Source of the DNA: Spironucleus salmonicida
Taxonomy: Eukaryota
Assembly (NCBI RefSeq): GCF_000497125.1
Contig: NC_090602.1
Span: forward strand, 1,116,001-1,180,000
Length of the DNA stretch: 64,000 nucleotides
Direction: 5' to 3'
This document shows, in pieces, positions 27,201 to 41,800 of the stretch (positions are counted from its first letter, which is position 1; every line of letters begins with the position of its first letter). The notes beneath the pieces are model-generated. The model did no database searches. It was not told the DNA's origin and saw nothing but the letters and a program-made list of their open reading frames with translations. The translations under genes were made by a program, and so were the position numbers.

Positions 27201-29900
27201 AAAACGCGTATTTTGAGCTAAAATTTCACCTCGTCCAGCTTCGTCAAAATCGCGCAAATTCTGTTCAAAATCGCCCATTTGGTTGCCAAACTGGATGCTT
27301 ATTAGCTCGGAAAGTCATATAAGCTGTTCATCAACATTTATTTGAATTGGAAGGAAAAGTCGATTTCAAATTCAAATTCGCGTTAGCAGAAAATGCTGAA
27401 AATTCTTTTCCAAAATAATGCGATTATTATACGAAAATAATTCACGTTTTGGCTGCGTTTTGCGCGTCTCACTGCGCGGGTGCAAATGCGCAAAAATCAA
27501 GCCCTGTAATCTCTCTTTCAGCACTGGCTCTTCCAGTTGCGGGAAAGCGTCCAGTTCGTCGCTTTCAAGCCTGTCCTGATCCGGTTGCAAGCACTGGCCG
27601 CACAACCTGATTTCGAAGGTCAAAAACCAACAGAAAAATCAAAAATTCTATAAAATTTGAGGCAGAAATTTATGCTTTTCGAGAATGGAACCCGGGCCTC
27701 TTTGAACGTAAACTTGATCGGTTTTTGCTTTTTCGAGCTGCGCGCCAATGCAGTACGGAGCAAGGGATTGAAGTTTTTCAGTTACTGTCTAAAGAACCAA
27801 ATCGACCGCATACGCAAAATTGTAGCATTCAAAATTTTGCAAAGTTAGGCAAAAAAGGAGCGGAAAATTTTCGATGTAATGAATAGAAATATATATAATA
27901 ATGTAAATATTGTTTTTGAGGAATTACTAAAACGGCATAATGACTTTTAACAGAAGAGTCTGGAGTGCTATTATATTGATTTACGGTTCTGTAAGCTCGC
28001 AGCTTTCAGGGCTTTAAAGTAAGCCCATTTTGTGAGGCAAAGTGCCGTTTTCTTCATCGAGAATAAGCAGAAAAATAAAATTTTACAGGCAGCTTTCAGC
28101 ATGCTCCAATAGCGCTACAAACATATTATAGCTAGATTTTGGGAACTATGGCTGAAGCAGTAGCGGATTCTGCTACGCAGTGTATGGCGAGCACTTCAAG
28201 TGAAAAAAGCGCAGATTCAAGCCGTGCAAACTGTAGAATCACAGATTTAGAACAATAATAATTTCTTAGTTCGCCGCACGTTTACGTGCCTCGTCGACCG
28301 CGCTTCGCAACTGGCCGATTTCCGCTTTTCCCGCCTCTGCGGGATCGCTAGAAACGCTCTTAACACCATGTCCCAAAAACGTCAAATTTTTGTTGCTGCG
28401 CACGACGCAATTTTTGCAAATTACATCGAAAAACTTTCCCAAAAAGCTCTAAAAGGACTCAAAACCGAACACGGAATGGCGCTTTTGGCCTCTCTGAAGG
28501 TCTGCAAAAAGCAGCTCAAGCAAGTTAGAACAGTCTTCTTCAAATGGCGAGTCCTCGCGCGCCTGAAGGCGCTGCACTCGATCCTGGAAGCGCTAACGCA
28601 GCGCCACACGAAGCGGAAATATTTAGCGGAGATGCGCGTTTCCGCACGTCTATGCTCTTTGGAGAGCGGAATTGAGGAAATGAGCAGGTAGAGAATCGTC
28701 AAATAGGCCTTTTCTGCAGTTTCCAAGGTCATCGGAACCGCCAAAAACGAGGCTGCGTTGACTGTTGTTTTGGTCGATTTTAGGGCTAAAACGGCGTTTG
28801 TAGCAATAGTTGAGAGATTTAGTATATTGCAGGGCTAACAGCGTTAGCTATAAGAACTTTATGGTAAGAATATCCAAAATACTGCTTTTAAATCGCTAAA
28901 AACGAAAAATTAGCATTTCTTGAGCGTTTTACCGGTAGTTGATAAAAAGCAATTTGAAATCAACTTTTCACTCCTTAAACTAGCTCTCGGCACATGGATT
29001 TTCTACTTTGTCTAGATGAAAAAAGTGTCTCTAGCGCAATCACACGCTGCGAAACTGAGCAAAAAGCTAGCTTTCTCTGCGCTAATACACAAATTCAATT
29101 TCCTTGTGAGAACGCGTAAATTGGCGAAATAGGGCAAATTGGATCACTTGAAATAATAAGCATTTGCCAGGTTTCTTCAAGTTTATCGAAAAACGATTAG
29201 CAGCGAGTAAAAGCTTCTCAAATTTTAGCTGTAGAAAAATGCAAACACGAAAAGTTCAATTTTGAGGCTATTTTCAGAATTATTGCATAAAACATTTGAG
29301 GTCCGCTCTGCAGTTTTCGCACTGTAGCAGAAACTGGGTCAGAAGCAGTTGAAAAGTGCATTCCAGGTCCTAAAACTCAGGAATAACAAGTTGTAACAAA
29401 ATGAAAATTAAATTATTTCGCATGGTAACGGCCAAATTTTGGCGAAAACCTTCAAAAATTTACTCGAAAGATCACGATAATTAATTTCATTATATCAGTT
29501 AATTTAGAATATTTGTGTGAAAAGTTGCAAAAAACTAGTTTTTGGGGTGATAACGGATGTCCAACTGATTAGCAGGCATTTTTCACGGCTGCGGCTGTCC
29601 GTATTGCTCGTTTCCTGGCACCGCGCAGCGCAGCAGACACGCCTGCGCTTGAAGGAGTCCGAACTCCAGCGGCGGGCTGCGGGGTTCATCGACAAGCGGA
29701 GACGCAGTCAACTAAAGTCCGTTTTCACGCAAATTAAACTACAGAATTTGAAGTATCAGCAGATGGAAAAGGTTGCGGATTCTGTGTTTTTCGGCAAATG
29801 CGAAGCCTTCGCAGTCTGGCGGCAGACGACTTACGACCAGCGGAAGGAGAAGCGGAACAAGAGCGCTTTCAGCTTCGGGAGCGGAAAGAGCGATTAGTGA
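24207..29900 (+). CDS. Large basic helical-repeat protein, Sfi1-like (putative centrin binding)
   Basis: Seven track fragments share one frame, giving a code-6 ORF of about 1897 aa: Ser-rich low-complexity N-terminus, then recurring (A/V)FxxW/L motifs (LFNLWK, FDKWK, VFFKWR, AFAVWR). Confidence 0.6.
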
Positions 29901-30352
29901 GCAAATTGATCATTTCGGGGTTTTTTCTTTTGCTCTGTTAACGACTGCAAGGAGAACTATGGATGTCAAAATTGTAATACCGAGCGTAATGTAAACTGCG
30001 TTGCGTGAACTATTGGATTCTAACTTGCAGTTGAAGGTTAATGCGTTTGGAGTGCAGTAAAAATTCATCTCATTATTTGTTTGGATTTTCCGAGAGAATG
30101 AATAGAAAACTCTTAATATTATATAATATTAGAAATGTTATTGCTGACATAAAGAAGCCGATTGAGGTTGGTTTATCGGGGAATACTAGTGTAAAGTCTA
30201 CAAAAATGTATAGGTTGATTAAGAATGTGTCAAATACCTCGCAATAACCAGTATTTAATATTTAAAAAAATGTGTATACAAAATAATTGATCTCCAACCT
30301 AAAATTAACACATTATTATATAATTATCTATTATAATAGTTATTTAACTACA

Positions 30353-31630
30353 ATGTCACTTACACCTTCTACAGATCGCGTCCACATATCTATTCTAGGT
30401 AGAATGAATGCTGGGAAGTCCACATTTATCAACGCATTAACAAATTCTAACATCTCTATTGTAGATTCTACTCCAGGAACTACTGCAGACGCCAAAATAT
30501 CCCTTATGCAATTGCACAAGTTAGGGCCAGCTAAAATATTTGATTGTGCTGGTATGGATGAAGAAAAAGTGTTAGGTGCGAAAAAACTCAAAAAGACAAT
30601 GCGAATTGCCAAGATGAGCGATCTTGTGATCCACGTTATTGAAGAAGATAACTTAAGAAATGGACCATTAAACCGTAATGTAATCTCTTAGTACGAGAGA
30701 AAAATTAAAAATTAACCTCTTGGAATCGAAGTAGAGTAAATTATTAAAAACCTCTAAGGTACAAAATCAGTCATTAATGTAGTAAACTTCAAAAAGGCAG
30801 TAACACCACTCTCAGTATATGAAAAACACTATCTTAATGGTCCAATATTTGCTTAGAATCTTTAAAAAACAACTTCTGCGGATCTCTGCTAATTTTTAGA
30901 GAAGCATGCTGATTTTGATTTTCTAAATACATAAGAACTCATTCCAAAATTCTTAAAACCTAATGACAATGTTCTTATGATAACACCACTTGATAGAGAG
31001 GCTCCAAAATAACGTCTTTTACGCCCATAAGCAATGGCTCTGGAAGCATTTTTAGCCAATAAAATCTCTGTAACAATTCTCAACCTTGACCTTTAAAAAT
31101 ATAGAGCTGGAGATGTAGTTACAGTTAATGCGCTTAAAAATCTTGCCAGTACAGCATAGTTTATACTTACAGATTCACAAGCAGTAGATATTATTGCTCC
31201 GCTCAAAAGACCGTTTTCTACTTTCTCGATCTAATAAATCCGCTATCTTGCTGGAGAATATTTTGATTATCTCATCAATTCTCTTGATAAGTTTAAAAAT
31301 GCAAAGAACAAGAGAGTACTTATTGCAGAAGCGTGTACACATGATAGGTTAACATCGATTTGTGAAGATATTGGTACTAGATAAATTCCAGATTAATTAA
31401 AGAAATTAGGAGCTGAATACGAATTTTCATTTGGAAAAGATGATGAAATTTTAGAAAAATAAAATTTTGATCTAGCGATTCATTGTGGTGGATGCATGAT
31501 TAGTAAATAGCAGGTAAGAAGTAGATTGAAAGCATTAGTCGATAAGGGAATTCCAGTGACAAATTATGGGATGTTTTTAGCGTTTGCAAAATGTGGAAGT
31601 GTAGGTGGTGCTGTAGAGGTATGGAAGTGA
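30353..31630 (+). CDS. hydF: [FeFe]-hydrogenase maturation GTPase HydF
   Basis: GRMNAGKS, STPGTTAD, DCAG, LTDSQA, FSTFSI, and the Fe-S motif CTH-x46-HCGGC followed by IPVTNYG. Confidence 0.93.
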
Positions 31631-31718
31631 TGGCTGTCACATTGTTTGAAAATTTATAGTTTTGAATAGTTTGTATTATCTAAATTCTAATTAATTATAA
31701 CATATATAATTTATATAT

Positions 31719-31791
31719 GCCTTTTTAGCTCAGCAGGTAGAGCGTGCGGCTGTTAACCGCAAGGTCGACGGTTCAATCCCGCCAAAAGGCG
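31719..31791 (+). tRNA. tRNA-Asn(GTT)
   Basis: 73-nt cloverleaf: acceptor GCCTTTT/AAAAGGC, anticodon arm TGCGG-CTGTTAA-CCGCA, T-loop TTCAATC. Confidence 0.95.
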
Positions 31792-32218
31792 AATTTTAAT
31801 AGTTTCAAATATCGTATTAATATTATATATAAATCTATTACATTTATAAAATATACGTTAAATATAGTTTTATAATCTAGGATATGATGATCAATAGTTT
31901 CAGTATTATTATAGATAATTCAATTTAATATATAATAATGATTGCATATAAGTAAACTTAACAATATAAAATTTACTTCTAATAAAATCTAGAAAATTCA
32001 TTTAGTATTAGTTAAGATGTATAGTTAACGTATTAACTCTAATTTTATTAATGAAATTATTTAAATATAGAATTATTTCGTACCCTAGATTCATAGTATG
32101 TTTGATATGAAGATTTCTTCGACCCAAACTTTAGATTTGACGGTCATTATAATTGGGTGTATGTATTTTACATATAAATAAATTGTTGTTGACTAAAATA
32201 GAAAAAAATTAAAATCAT

Positions 32219-33757
32219 TCACTGTAGTTCTTCTGCATTGCTTTGTATTTTAATTATTTTACATTTTGATTTTTTCATATAATTTTAAACAAAATATAAA
32301 CAAATCGACAAGATTATCTAACTAGCTACGATACAACTCACACATAGCATATAATTTGTATACAAATTAAAATTTACTTATAATACTCGTGCCTCGTTGA
32401 TATACTCTCTATTTTATGAGTAGATCATTATCTCAATAAATTAGTGTTTCAATAAAATTTTAATTTATTATTAATGCCTGCTATCGTATTAAATAAATAT
32501 TGATCTAGAAATATTATCCCACTCAACATCTATTTAGCCAATAGTTTACAATCCATAGAAACCTTATTAAAATTTATCAGAGTTGGAAAAAAATCCTAAA
32601 TAAAAACTATAAACTTTTTAATCCGTTAATTAGCATATATTTGTTTACTGATTAGCAAAATTGTATGTTACTTCCAACTTATTTCTGTATATTTAAATAT
32701 TCACATTCTCAAAGCAATTTGAAATATATTTGGTAATTTATTATCCAATAATAATTGCTCCAAAAATAAAAAACACTTTACCTTTTGCCTTAGACATATC
32801 TTGTGTTTATAAAGAATCCAGAATATTTTCACATAGCGTTATGTTATATGAATTAAAACATGGAATGTTTCCATTTTTTTCAAATAGATCTTTTATTAAT
32901 GGCCCAGAAAAGCTTGCAGCATGGTTATCAATAGCAATTTAAAATATATACATAGCATCAGTATAATCAATTATTTTTGTAAATTTATCAAACTCTAGTT
33001 AAAATCTTCCAATTTCTAAATGGATATATTTCTTAAAAACAGCCAATTCCAATCCAGAGATGATATTTGGTTAATTAGAAATAATAAAATCAAATGTTCT
33101 GTAGATTTCTGATACAGTTATACCAGTTTATTATCCAGATATAGTAATTTTGACTAATTAAAGTTACACAATTTTTATATCTTCTTTAGTGCAAAATTTG
33201 GTTTATTATGCTTCATAAATAGGTGTAGGATTTATTAACTCATAAATAGTTTTATTTATATACTAAAATATAATAGTTATTTATTTTTATGAGTATGATT
33301 AGCCTATATTTGCCTGATTAATACTGAAACAGGTATTCATACCATCAAACGTTAATTATATCTTCTAATTGGTTTTGCTAAATCCTTTTCTTATTATTTA
33401 AATGCTACCTGCATTCAATATAGTCGTTAATTAAGGTGAATCAATAATTATTGTAACAGCTGAAATACCAGTGTACTTCTAACAGTTAATGAAATTTAAT
33501 ATTACATGATCTGTTTCATTGTATGAAAAATCATTATATATCTGTGCAATATTTAAAATAATGTCTTCGAATTTTAATACGATCATAACGCCTAAAGGAA
33601 AGTCGCAATAAATATTTTATATTCTTTTAAATTGTATTTCTATATAATCATCATATATATTTAATTGTGTACTTGGTGTATAGCAATCTTATTATGAAAG
33701 TTCGTGATAAAGTTATAAAGTAATGTAGAGAATTTCTGAGAATATTAAGTTTCTCAT
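32219..33757 (-). CDS. Single-pass membrane protein, paralog A (512 aa)
   Basis: Code-6 ORF with LYHELSQQDCY, CDFPLGVMIVL and FSGPL; C-terminal TM segment and basic tail; ends CAG-TGA. Confidence 0.65.
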
Positions 33758-34840
33758 GATATTTTTTAACTATGTAGCCTAGTAATTTTTATTTTAAGAA
33801 ATCAGAGCCATATAAGATTAAAAAACAAATCTATTATATAAATATTTCTATGAGTTTCTATTTATATAATATATTCAAAAAGTAGAAGTCTTATATTTTA
33901 TTATACTACTTATTAATTTGTATATACTATAAATTTATATTTATCATAAAATTATTTAGCAATTGTAAATTAATACTACCTAGAGAATATATCTGGAGAT
34001 AAAACTGAAATATGTTAACCAATATTATTAACAATGTGGTTACGATATATTATTCTATAATTTATAGTATTTTTATACTTCTAAGAATTAATTATATCAT
34101 TAGTTCATAAATGTATAATTCCATATTTAAAATTATTCTATAATATTTGTATTTACCATTTATCATTATATTTCTTGCTATTAATTCACTTTCGCAGTCA
34201 TTTCTTATTCCTTAACATAAAAATAAAATTACTAGCAAATAAGAATACTTACTCATTAAATTTCCTCCTAACTAAGAGATATAAATTTGGTAACTAAAAC
34301 TAGAGATTACTGGATAAGTTTTTATACTTCCAAATTATATTGTTTTAACATGTTTTACGCCTCTTTACATAAAATTCACTTTATATATACCTCTATTCTG
34401 ATATATTCTTAAATTTTGTAATTTCGAATATTAATTCTGGTTGTGTCAACTAAATGCACGAATCACCCTGTTTGCTATAATAATTTGTTGAATCACCTAA
34501 TATTAAAATGATTTAATAATATATACTTATCTATTTTATTGATGTTTAAAATGAAAAATTTATTAATATATTGGGGATTCTTAATAAATATGATTATTAT
34601 AAGTTTATTGAAGTTAAATAAAGGAATATAATAACTTGAGTGATTGAACAGGAAATATATTTTAGCTGTTAATAATAAAGTAATAATTTTGTTTTCCTTA
34701 TATTGCACTAGTATTAAATTTTTACAGGTATGTAAAATTTATTAAGTTAGAATCCCATGATAATATCTTGTAAAATTACTCTAGATATAGTCAACTTACT
34801 CTCAATTTAAGTAATTAACATCTTAAGGAAACAAAAGCTA

Positions 34841-36355
34841 TCATTCAATACCATCTATACTTACTTTTATTTTAGATTTTCTTCTTATAGGTTTTTTGTG
34901 CATATTTTATACTATGAAAAGTAAAGTAGCTAAAATTATTGAGGCCACTAACATACCAAACATAGTTATTAAATAGGAGTCTATAAAATTCAAATTAACT
35001 TGAGATACGAGTGCTTCATTAACGTATTCACCATCTATAGAATGTATTATAATTCCTATAGATTTATAATCTAATAATGTTTTTATCTTTTATATTTATA
35101 AGTCACCATATGGTATAATTATTTTTGAATTACTATTATTCCATATTAACTAATGACTTAAAATTTTTAATAGACCTTATATTCCTTTCTAAAACTCGGT
35201 TATTGTCGTAAAAATTCCTATATCATAATTATACTTGACGTTATTAACTAGTTAACACAAATTATTCGATTATTGGTTTAACTCATATGTCGCTTCCAGT
35301 CTATGTTTATATAATTGAATTTATACATTCGCGAAACAATCTGAATTAAATTATGATATTTATTATCTTATAGTAATGGATCCAATAATAAAGAATATTT
35401 ATCCTTTATTGCTTTACATATCTTATTATTAAATAGTTTTTAATATTATTTCACATAGACTAGTATTGAAAGAATTAACGCAAATAATATTTCCATTTTA
35501 TTCAAATATTTATCTAGATAAAGGACCAGAAAAGCTAGTGATTTTGCCGTCAATAACTACTTATAATATATAAACAGCATTATTAAATTCAGCTGTAGCT
35601 ACAAATTTGGCAAACTCTGGCTCGATTCTTTCGAAATTAATATATGCATATTTTTTATAAGCTGAGAATTTCAACTCATTAAAAATATTTGGCTAATTCT
35701 AAATAGTAAAATTTAATGTAGTATATTGTTATGACACTAAGATACCTTAAAATTTACCTTAGATACTTATACTAACTAAACCTAGTTAAACAATCTACAT
35801 ATCCTCCATTATGCAAAACGAGGTTTATGCCATATCATAAGAAGGTGCCAGATTGGTAATCTTTATTATACTACTATTAATATAAACAAACTAAATTAGG
35901 ATTTTGCTTTCTGTCAATTTTTTACCAACATCTTATTCTTAAATTATAAAGCAAGTTTATACGCCATTATATGTTAAGCTTACTTGTTAACTAACGGACT
36001 AGAGTATTTTTTTGACATTTAAAATAATACCTACACTAACTACTGTTGTTAATTATGGCGAATCAAGTATAATAGTACACGCTTAAATATCAGAATATTT
36101 ATTACAATCTGTACAATTAATTATAACAGAATTAGACTAATGAAAGGAAAAATTAGTAATAAACTAACCTATGTTAAGCGTTTCTTCTTAAAATTACAAA
36201 ACAATCATAACACCTGATGGAAAATCACAATTAGCACCTTCAGCTGTTATTAGTTGAATTTCCAAATGGTTTTCGTTTATATTCAGTTCTGTAAGTGATG
36301 AATAACAATCTTACTAAGAAAAATCATGATAAAGCTAAAAAGTTAAACATAGCAT
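34841..36355 (-). CDS. Single-pass membrane protein, paralog B (504 aa)
   Basis: Code-6 ORF with LYHDFSQQDCY, CDFPSGVMIVL and FSGPL; C-terminal TM segment and basic tail; collinear with paralog A. Confidence 0.65.
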
Positions 36356-36542
36356 TTTACTTAATATGGGTTTAAATTAATCGATATATCTATTATAATT
36401 AATTATACTAGGTGCTCAAGTTTTTTAAGTTTTGTTTGTTTATAATAATCTGTATTTAATTAGAAATACAATAGTATTATATTTTTCAGAAAGTATACAA
36501 TAACATAAAAAAAGGGAAAAATACGTAAAGCAGACAAAAAAT

Positions 36543-37538
36543 TCATTTTTTATCAATCTTCCCATCTAGTTATTGTTTAATGATTTTAACCATCCCTTAA
36601 ATATTTAATTCTCCTTAAATAAGCTACACTTAAATACCCAAATCATCAAGTTTCGTTAGCTTGGTAAAAGTGAACCTGCTTTAGGTATTCCCAAATTATA
36701 AGCATATCTCATCTTCGTTTTAGGTCAAATACACATTTTTAATGAAAGTGAAGTTTATTTGGTCTAAAGTAAATATTCCATCTTTTTAGTATGGCAGGGG
36801 GAGCTTTTTCAGATAAAGGCTATTATCACTCTGATCTATTATTAAGTTTTCAGTTTTCTGCTAGAATATTGCATCTATATTAGCCTTTTAGCAATTAATA
36901 GAGGACAAAAATTGCTCTAGATGAAATGAGATTGCGAGAATAGGCTCAAAACCTTAAAACTGAGCTATGATATTTCCTTAAAAATCAAATACTGAACTGA
37001 TACATCCAAATTTAAGGACTTAAGTTGCAATTATTGAAGCTTTTTGACATACTTATATCTCTGTGTTATTAAGGTTGATTTAAATAGAAAACATATTTTT
37101 GTAATTTTTGTCATACTTTTTAGCTATCAATGCAGGACGTTTCAGGGGTACTAATATCGGTTTTGTTTGTAAACAGGAATATAATTCTTAGGCAGTGCAG
37201 CTTGGCTTAGTAGATTGACACATTTTTTATGAAAAAGTTTCAATTTCGTTTGGATTATCGTAGAATGAATTAGGACTGGTTAAATATTCTTAAAATTCTT
37301 TCTTTTTTGCTGTAATAAATTAAAATATTTTATCACAGTCGTCTTTTTTTAGTTCGAATATAAATCCTAAAATATCCTATAAATTTTTCTCTGATTCCGC
37401 TGTAACCAAATCTTTATAAATGTATTGTATGACTTAAAAATCAATAGTTTTAGGAAATCTAGAACGAGATTTTATTTCATTAAAGACTGAGTTTTTCATC
37501 CATATAAGTAAATCAGACCTTATATTTTTTTCAGCCAT
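36543..37538 (-). CDS. Hypothetical protein (331 aa)
   Basis: Code-6 ORF MAEKNIRSDLLIWMK... open to TGA. Confidence 0.55.
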
Positions 37539-37804
37539 CTTTAAGAAATGAAAAATATTAATAGCGATATACATAAAATTTATTATTAGATAAAATGTAA
37601 GCTGCTTTATAAATGTTATTAAATGGAATTCCAGTTCCTTAAAAGTTATTTCCGGAGTCATAAGTTAATATAAAAGATTCACTCATTTAATTAGATTTAG
37701 ATATTGTTTCTATTCGTTATAAGGGTGTTAAATGTTTTATAATTATAAATATAGGATAGCCAATTCCATCTTTTATAGGAAAAGCGTTTAAGTTAATCAG
37801 AACA

Positions 37805-38062
37805 ATGATATATTTATAACCGGAGCTTTAAAAGTAGGATATGTTGGACTAGTTAAAGCTTGTAGATGTATAAGACGAATTTCAAGATTGGGATTCGATT
37901 ATAAAATACTTTATTGATAGAGATATGCTCAAATATAAATCTATAACGGATACAATACAATATATAAATTCTACTAGTGTAGGTGATAAGTTTTTCAGTG
38001 ACGAGGATGTCGAACTATGGCTAGTAGAACTGTAATTAGAAGATATTAAAGATAGTGGGTGA
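37805..38062 (+). CDS. Small acidic hypothetical protein (85 aa)
   Basis: Code-6 ORF MIYLQPELQKQDMLDQL...LEDIKDSG, ends GGG-TGA. Confidence 0.35.
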
Positions 38063-38108
38063 TTATAGATATAATATATTAGATAGTTATTCTATTTATA
38101 ATAATAAA

Positions 38109-38573
38109 ATGAAAAATGTTACTAACTTGGAAACTGAATAAGTTCTATAGATTATTAAATCATAAGATCATGCTTTAGTATTAGCTAAATAAACCCTAAT
38201 TTATAAGAATTAAAACTTACACTACTTGAATTAAGAAGTATTCTAATAAGGAGTAAGAAACGAATAACTGTTAGATATGAATAGACTTTACATATAGAAA
38301 ATTGATAGCTTCACTTAGATAATAGCAAAATTAACAAAACTATAGTAATAAGCATTATAGGAAATTAAGTAATTGAAATACTAAAATTCTAACCTTTAAA
38401 AAGGGATAAGATTTTACTAAAATCTAAATAAATTACTTCAAAAAAGGAACATACGAATGCAACAATATTTTATTAAAGTTAGAATATATTTATTCCTGTT
38501 GCTAATTACAACTTGTCTTATGATTACTTCATACTAATACTTTTTATTTTACACTATCGAATAGCAGTTTTGA
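38109..38573 (+). CDS. Small coiled-coil protein with C-terminal TM segment (154 aa)
   Basis: Code-6 ORF MKNVTNLETEQ...; hydrophobic IYLFLLLITTCLMITSY near the C-terminus. Confidence 0.4.
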
Positions 38574-38871
38574 ATTAATTACTTTAGAAATAAGCAAAGG
38601 CTTTTTTTTGCAATTCACTCTGAGTGAGTTTAACTTTTGACGCGAGAATCTGGTACATTTTCGTTTAATAATAACTAAAAATTATAATAAATATAAAATG
38701 TATATACTCTCTACTATCGATTCATAAAGGCTACAATAGGCAATAAAATGCTTTCCATTATACTTGTCCTCTAAATTACAATACAAAATTGTAATTCTCA
38801 GAATGAATATTGACAAGCTCCAGCGCCAAAAGTATACAGTCTTGCCTCTTAAAACTCTGTTTCAAAATCCC

Positions 38872-41800
38872 TCACTTATTCTGCTTATAACACTCACTTA
38901 TAACATTGCTAAATTTGAATTCGCTGAACCACCTGACGACGTTTTCAACGTCACCCTTCATTTCAACGCATTCTTAGTATTCCATTCCCCAGCTCTTGCC
39001 CAGAACGTTCCCCATAGCACTCCAAACATCCTTAGAACCAACCTGAATTTCCTCCTAGAAGCACTTCTTTTCCCAGTCATTATCAAGCGAAAACTGACAT
39101 CCGAGAAGGAAAACCGACAGGATAGCAGCCAGGAACGATGCCTTGTCACGCTCGCTCAAATAAGTATTTTAGAATAACTTGGCTGGATCTGAAATGATAA
39201 ACGTTTACGATTTTTCAATCCTTTCGGACTTGACTTTTGGAGTATTTTTAATTAGATTTTGGAGAACCGGCCCGAGACCAATAGACGTATCACGGAGTGC
39301 AAATTCCTCGAAATTCGCAAGACCATAGCGGTTAAGGGTAAGAATTATAAGACCAGAAAATAAAGAATACCATTCGTTATCTAACAACTTTTGAATGAAA
39401 TTTATAGTTGTAGAAGGTAGGAAAAGGCTCAGTTTTGGAAGGTATGTTGTTACATAAATTGTAAATTGCTCAATAATAAGTTTTCTACGACGCTCATTAC
39501 AAACGACGCGGTTTTTGGTAAACATTGGCAGAGGCTCTGTGGCAGAAACAACGAATCCGAAAGGAGCATGATCAAAAGCCGAAATTATTGGAAGCTAAAA
39601 CAAAGCCTCTAAGACACCTTTTTCACCATCAGGATGGTTTATTATGTTAACAAGGAAATGCTGACAACCGTCATGAACTGCACATGTGAAAAGAAGTAGG
39701 AAAAGCTACTCTTTCGAAAATTGTGTAATAAAGAAGTCAAATGGAAGATTTTTCCAGACAACCGGAGCGTTCTTGTTGAGCAAAGTCACGTAATTCTCAC
39801 ACTTTTGAATGTTCGGGTCCTAGTTGAAATTAAGTGACAACTAAGCCTCGAAAAGAGCTATCATGCGATCTCTGAAAAACTGATTCATTTAAACGAATTT
39901 TTCGTCGAAATTTTCACCAAAAATATCAGTTACAATCTTGATCGCGCCCTACTGGCCCAATTTCGATTTGTAGAGACGGAAAACGGCCAAATCGACCGGA
40001 AATCCGACCTTTGCGAAAAAGTTCCACAACTTCTTACGATTCTGATAATCGACGCCGAAAGCGAGCGAGTCTGCAGGGTGCCAGAAACCTTCTTTCTAAC
40101 CTTTTTGGTGCTTGCAAAGCGCTTTTCCGGGCTGCTGAATTTCGACACCAGAAATGCTGCGTAGAACACTATTCTTAATATAATCCAAAAATATGTATTT
40201 GGCAGTTTCTTTCGTCGAGGTCTGCTTCTAAAGCAGTTCGATTTGGGTCAAAACACTGCTTTTTTGGACCTGCAAATTTTACAAAAATTTCTCGTGCTCG
40301 GATGTTGAAACGCTCTCTTCCTTGAAGCTTTGCATCGCCAGCTGAATCTGCGTCAGTTAAAATTTCAATTAAATAATTTTCGACTGCGTTTTTTCTGTCA
40401 GCTGGCTATTGTTATTATTATATTTTTATACGCATATAACTGGTTTTGGCTTAGAAAAAGTTTTCTACAGCAAATCGTATTCGGCATCAAGTTCGTCATT
40501 GTAATTGATTATATGTATATATTTTTACTATTATTAAAATAACATAATGTGGTTCTCATTGACGATGAAAAACTAACCCAAAATGACCGTAAAAACGATG
40601 AATTGATTACAGAACTGCTTGAAAACGTCATTTTCGAGCCCCGGCAGCAGCTTTTCACGCAATTTTTCGTCGTAATCAGCGTTTAACGCCGTTTTCGACA
40701 CCACGTGCTCCTGTTTCGCCAAAACCATGTAGAGACGCCTCAATTCTGGCTAAATGAGCTCCAAACTGAAGTTGCCAGAACTCGTGATTTCCGGCCGCAA
40801 CTCCATTTGGAGCGACTGCGGCAGGTTCGCAACCACTGAATTGCACGTCTTCGCGACGTCCAAATTCGTCAGTTTCGCGATCTGCTCGAAATTCGACCCC
40901 GAAAGCAGAAATTTTCGGTAGATTTCGACGATGATTTTCCTGAAGAAAATGACGTTAAAACTGAACTGAATTTCCTGCACGGAAGTGAGCAAATAGTCGA
41001 TTTGCGTGAGGCTCAATTTCAGGTAATACGCCACCAAATTTCGCAGCTGAAGCGTGAGATTCGGGTCGAATTTTCCCGGCGGGACGAAACTGAGCAGCGA
41101 AATGCAGTAAACGCGCGTTCCTTGCGACAAAAATGTGTCGGAAACGAGCTGTTTCAGGTACGTTTTCAGGTCCGTTTGGACCGCTAATTCGTCGTTCTGC
41201 AGGCTTCCGTCGTTGATGTTTATGCTAATGATGGAATTTGAGTCTTTTCGGCTGAAAGCGAAGACGTTTTGGTAGACAAAACACGTGTTTTGGTCGATAT
41301 TTCGCTGAATTTCGGCCTGCAAATTCTCGAAATCTTTGTGCTGCTTCAGCTGCTTGATCTGCTCGTTGTCTGACTGGAGCAGGTTCTCGATAATTTTTAG
41401 CTCGGCTTTTTGGACGATTTCGAGGTACTAAAGCAGCACCTGATCGAGCTCAAATTGGTGCTCAAATTGCAGCTTGTAGAGCTCGCGGTGGTTGATCGAA
41501 GTCGAACAGAGCACGGGGGACGCAAATGCGTACTTTATCAGGCTGTTCGAGGCCTCCAAAAGCGAATTTGGGAGGCCTTGGAAAACGAAATGCCTGATAG
41601 CTTAAACCTGCCGAACGGTCGTTTCGTTCAAATCGAACTGATATGACGATTTGTTGGAGACGTCAATTAGCGAATTTGTCGTATTTTGGACGAAATGCTT
41701 GAAGATTTTGTACTGCTCTTTTTCGACGTCCAGATTGAACCTGATGACCGGAATCTGCCGCTCGTCGTAGATGTAGAGGATATTCTGCTTCTTCTTATCG

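Noticed and set aside
33800-34800. Possible third paralog or ORF between the two membrane-protein genes
   Set aside because: Very AT-rich; long frames arise by chance in code 6 and the shared family motifs were not found.
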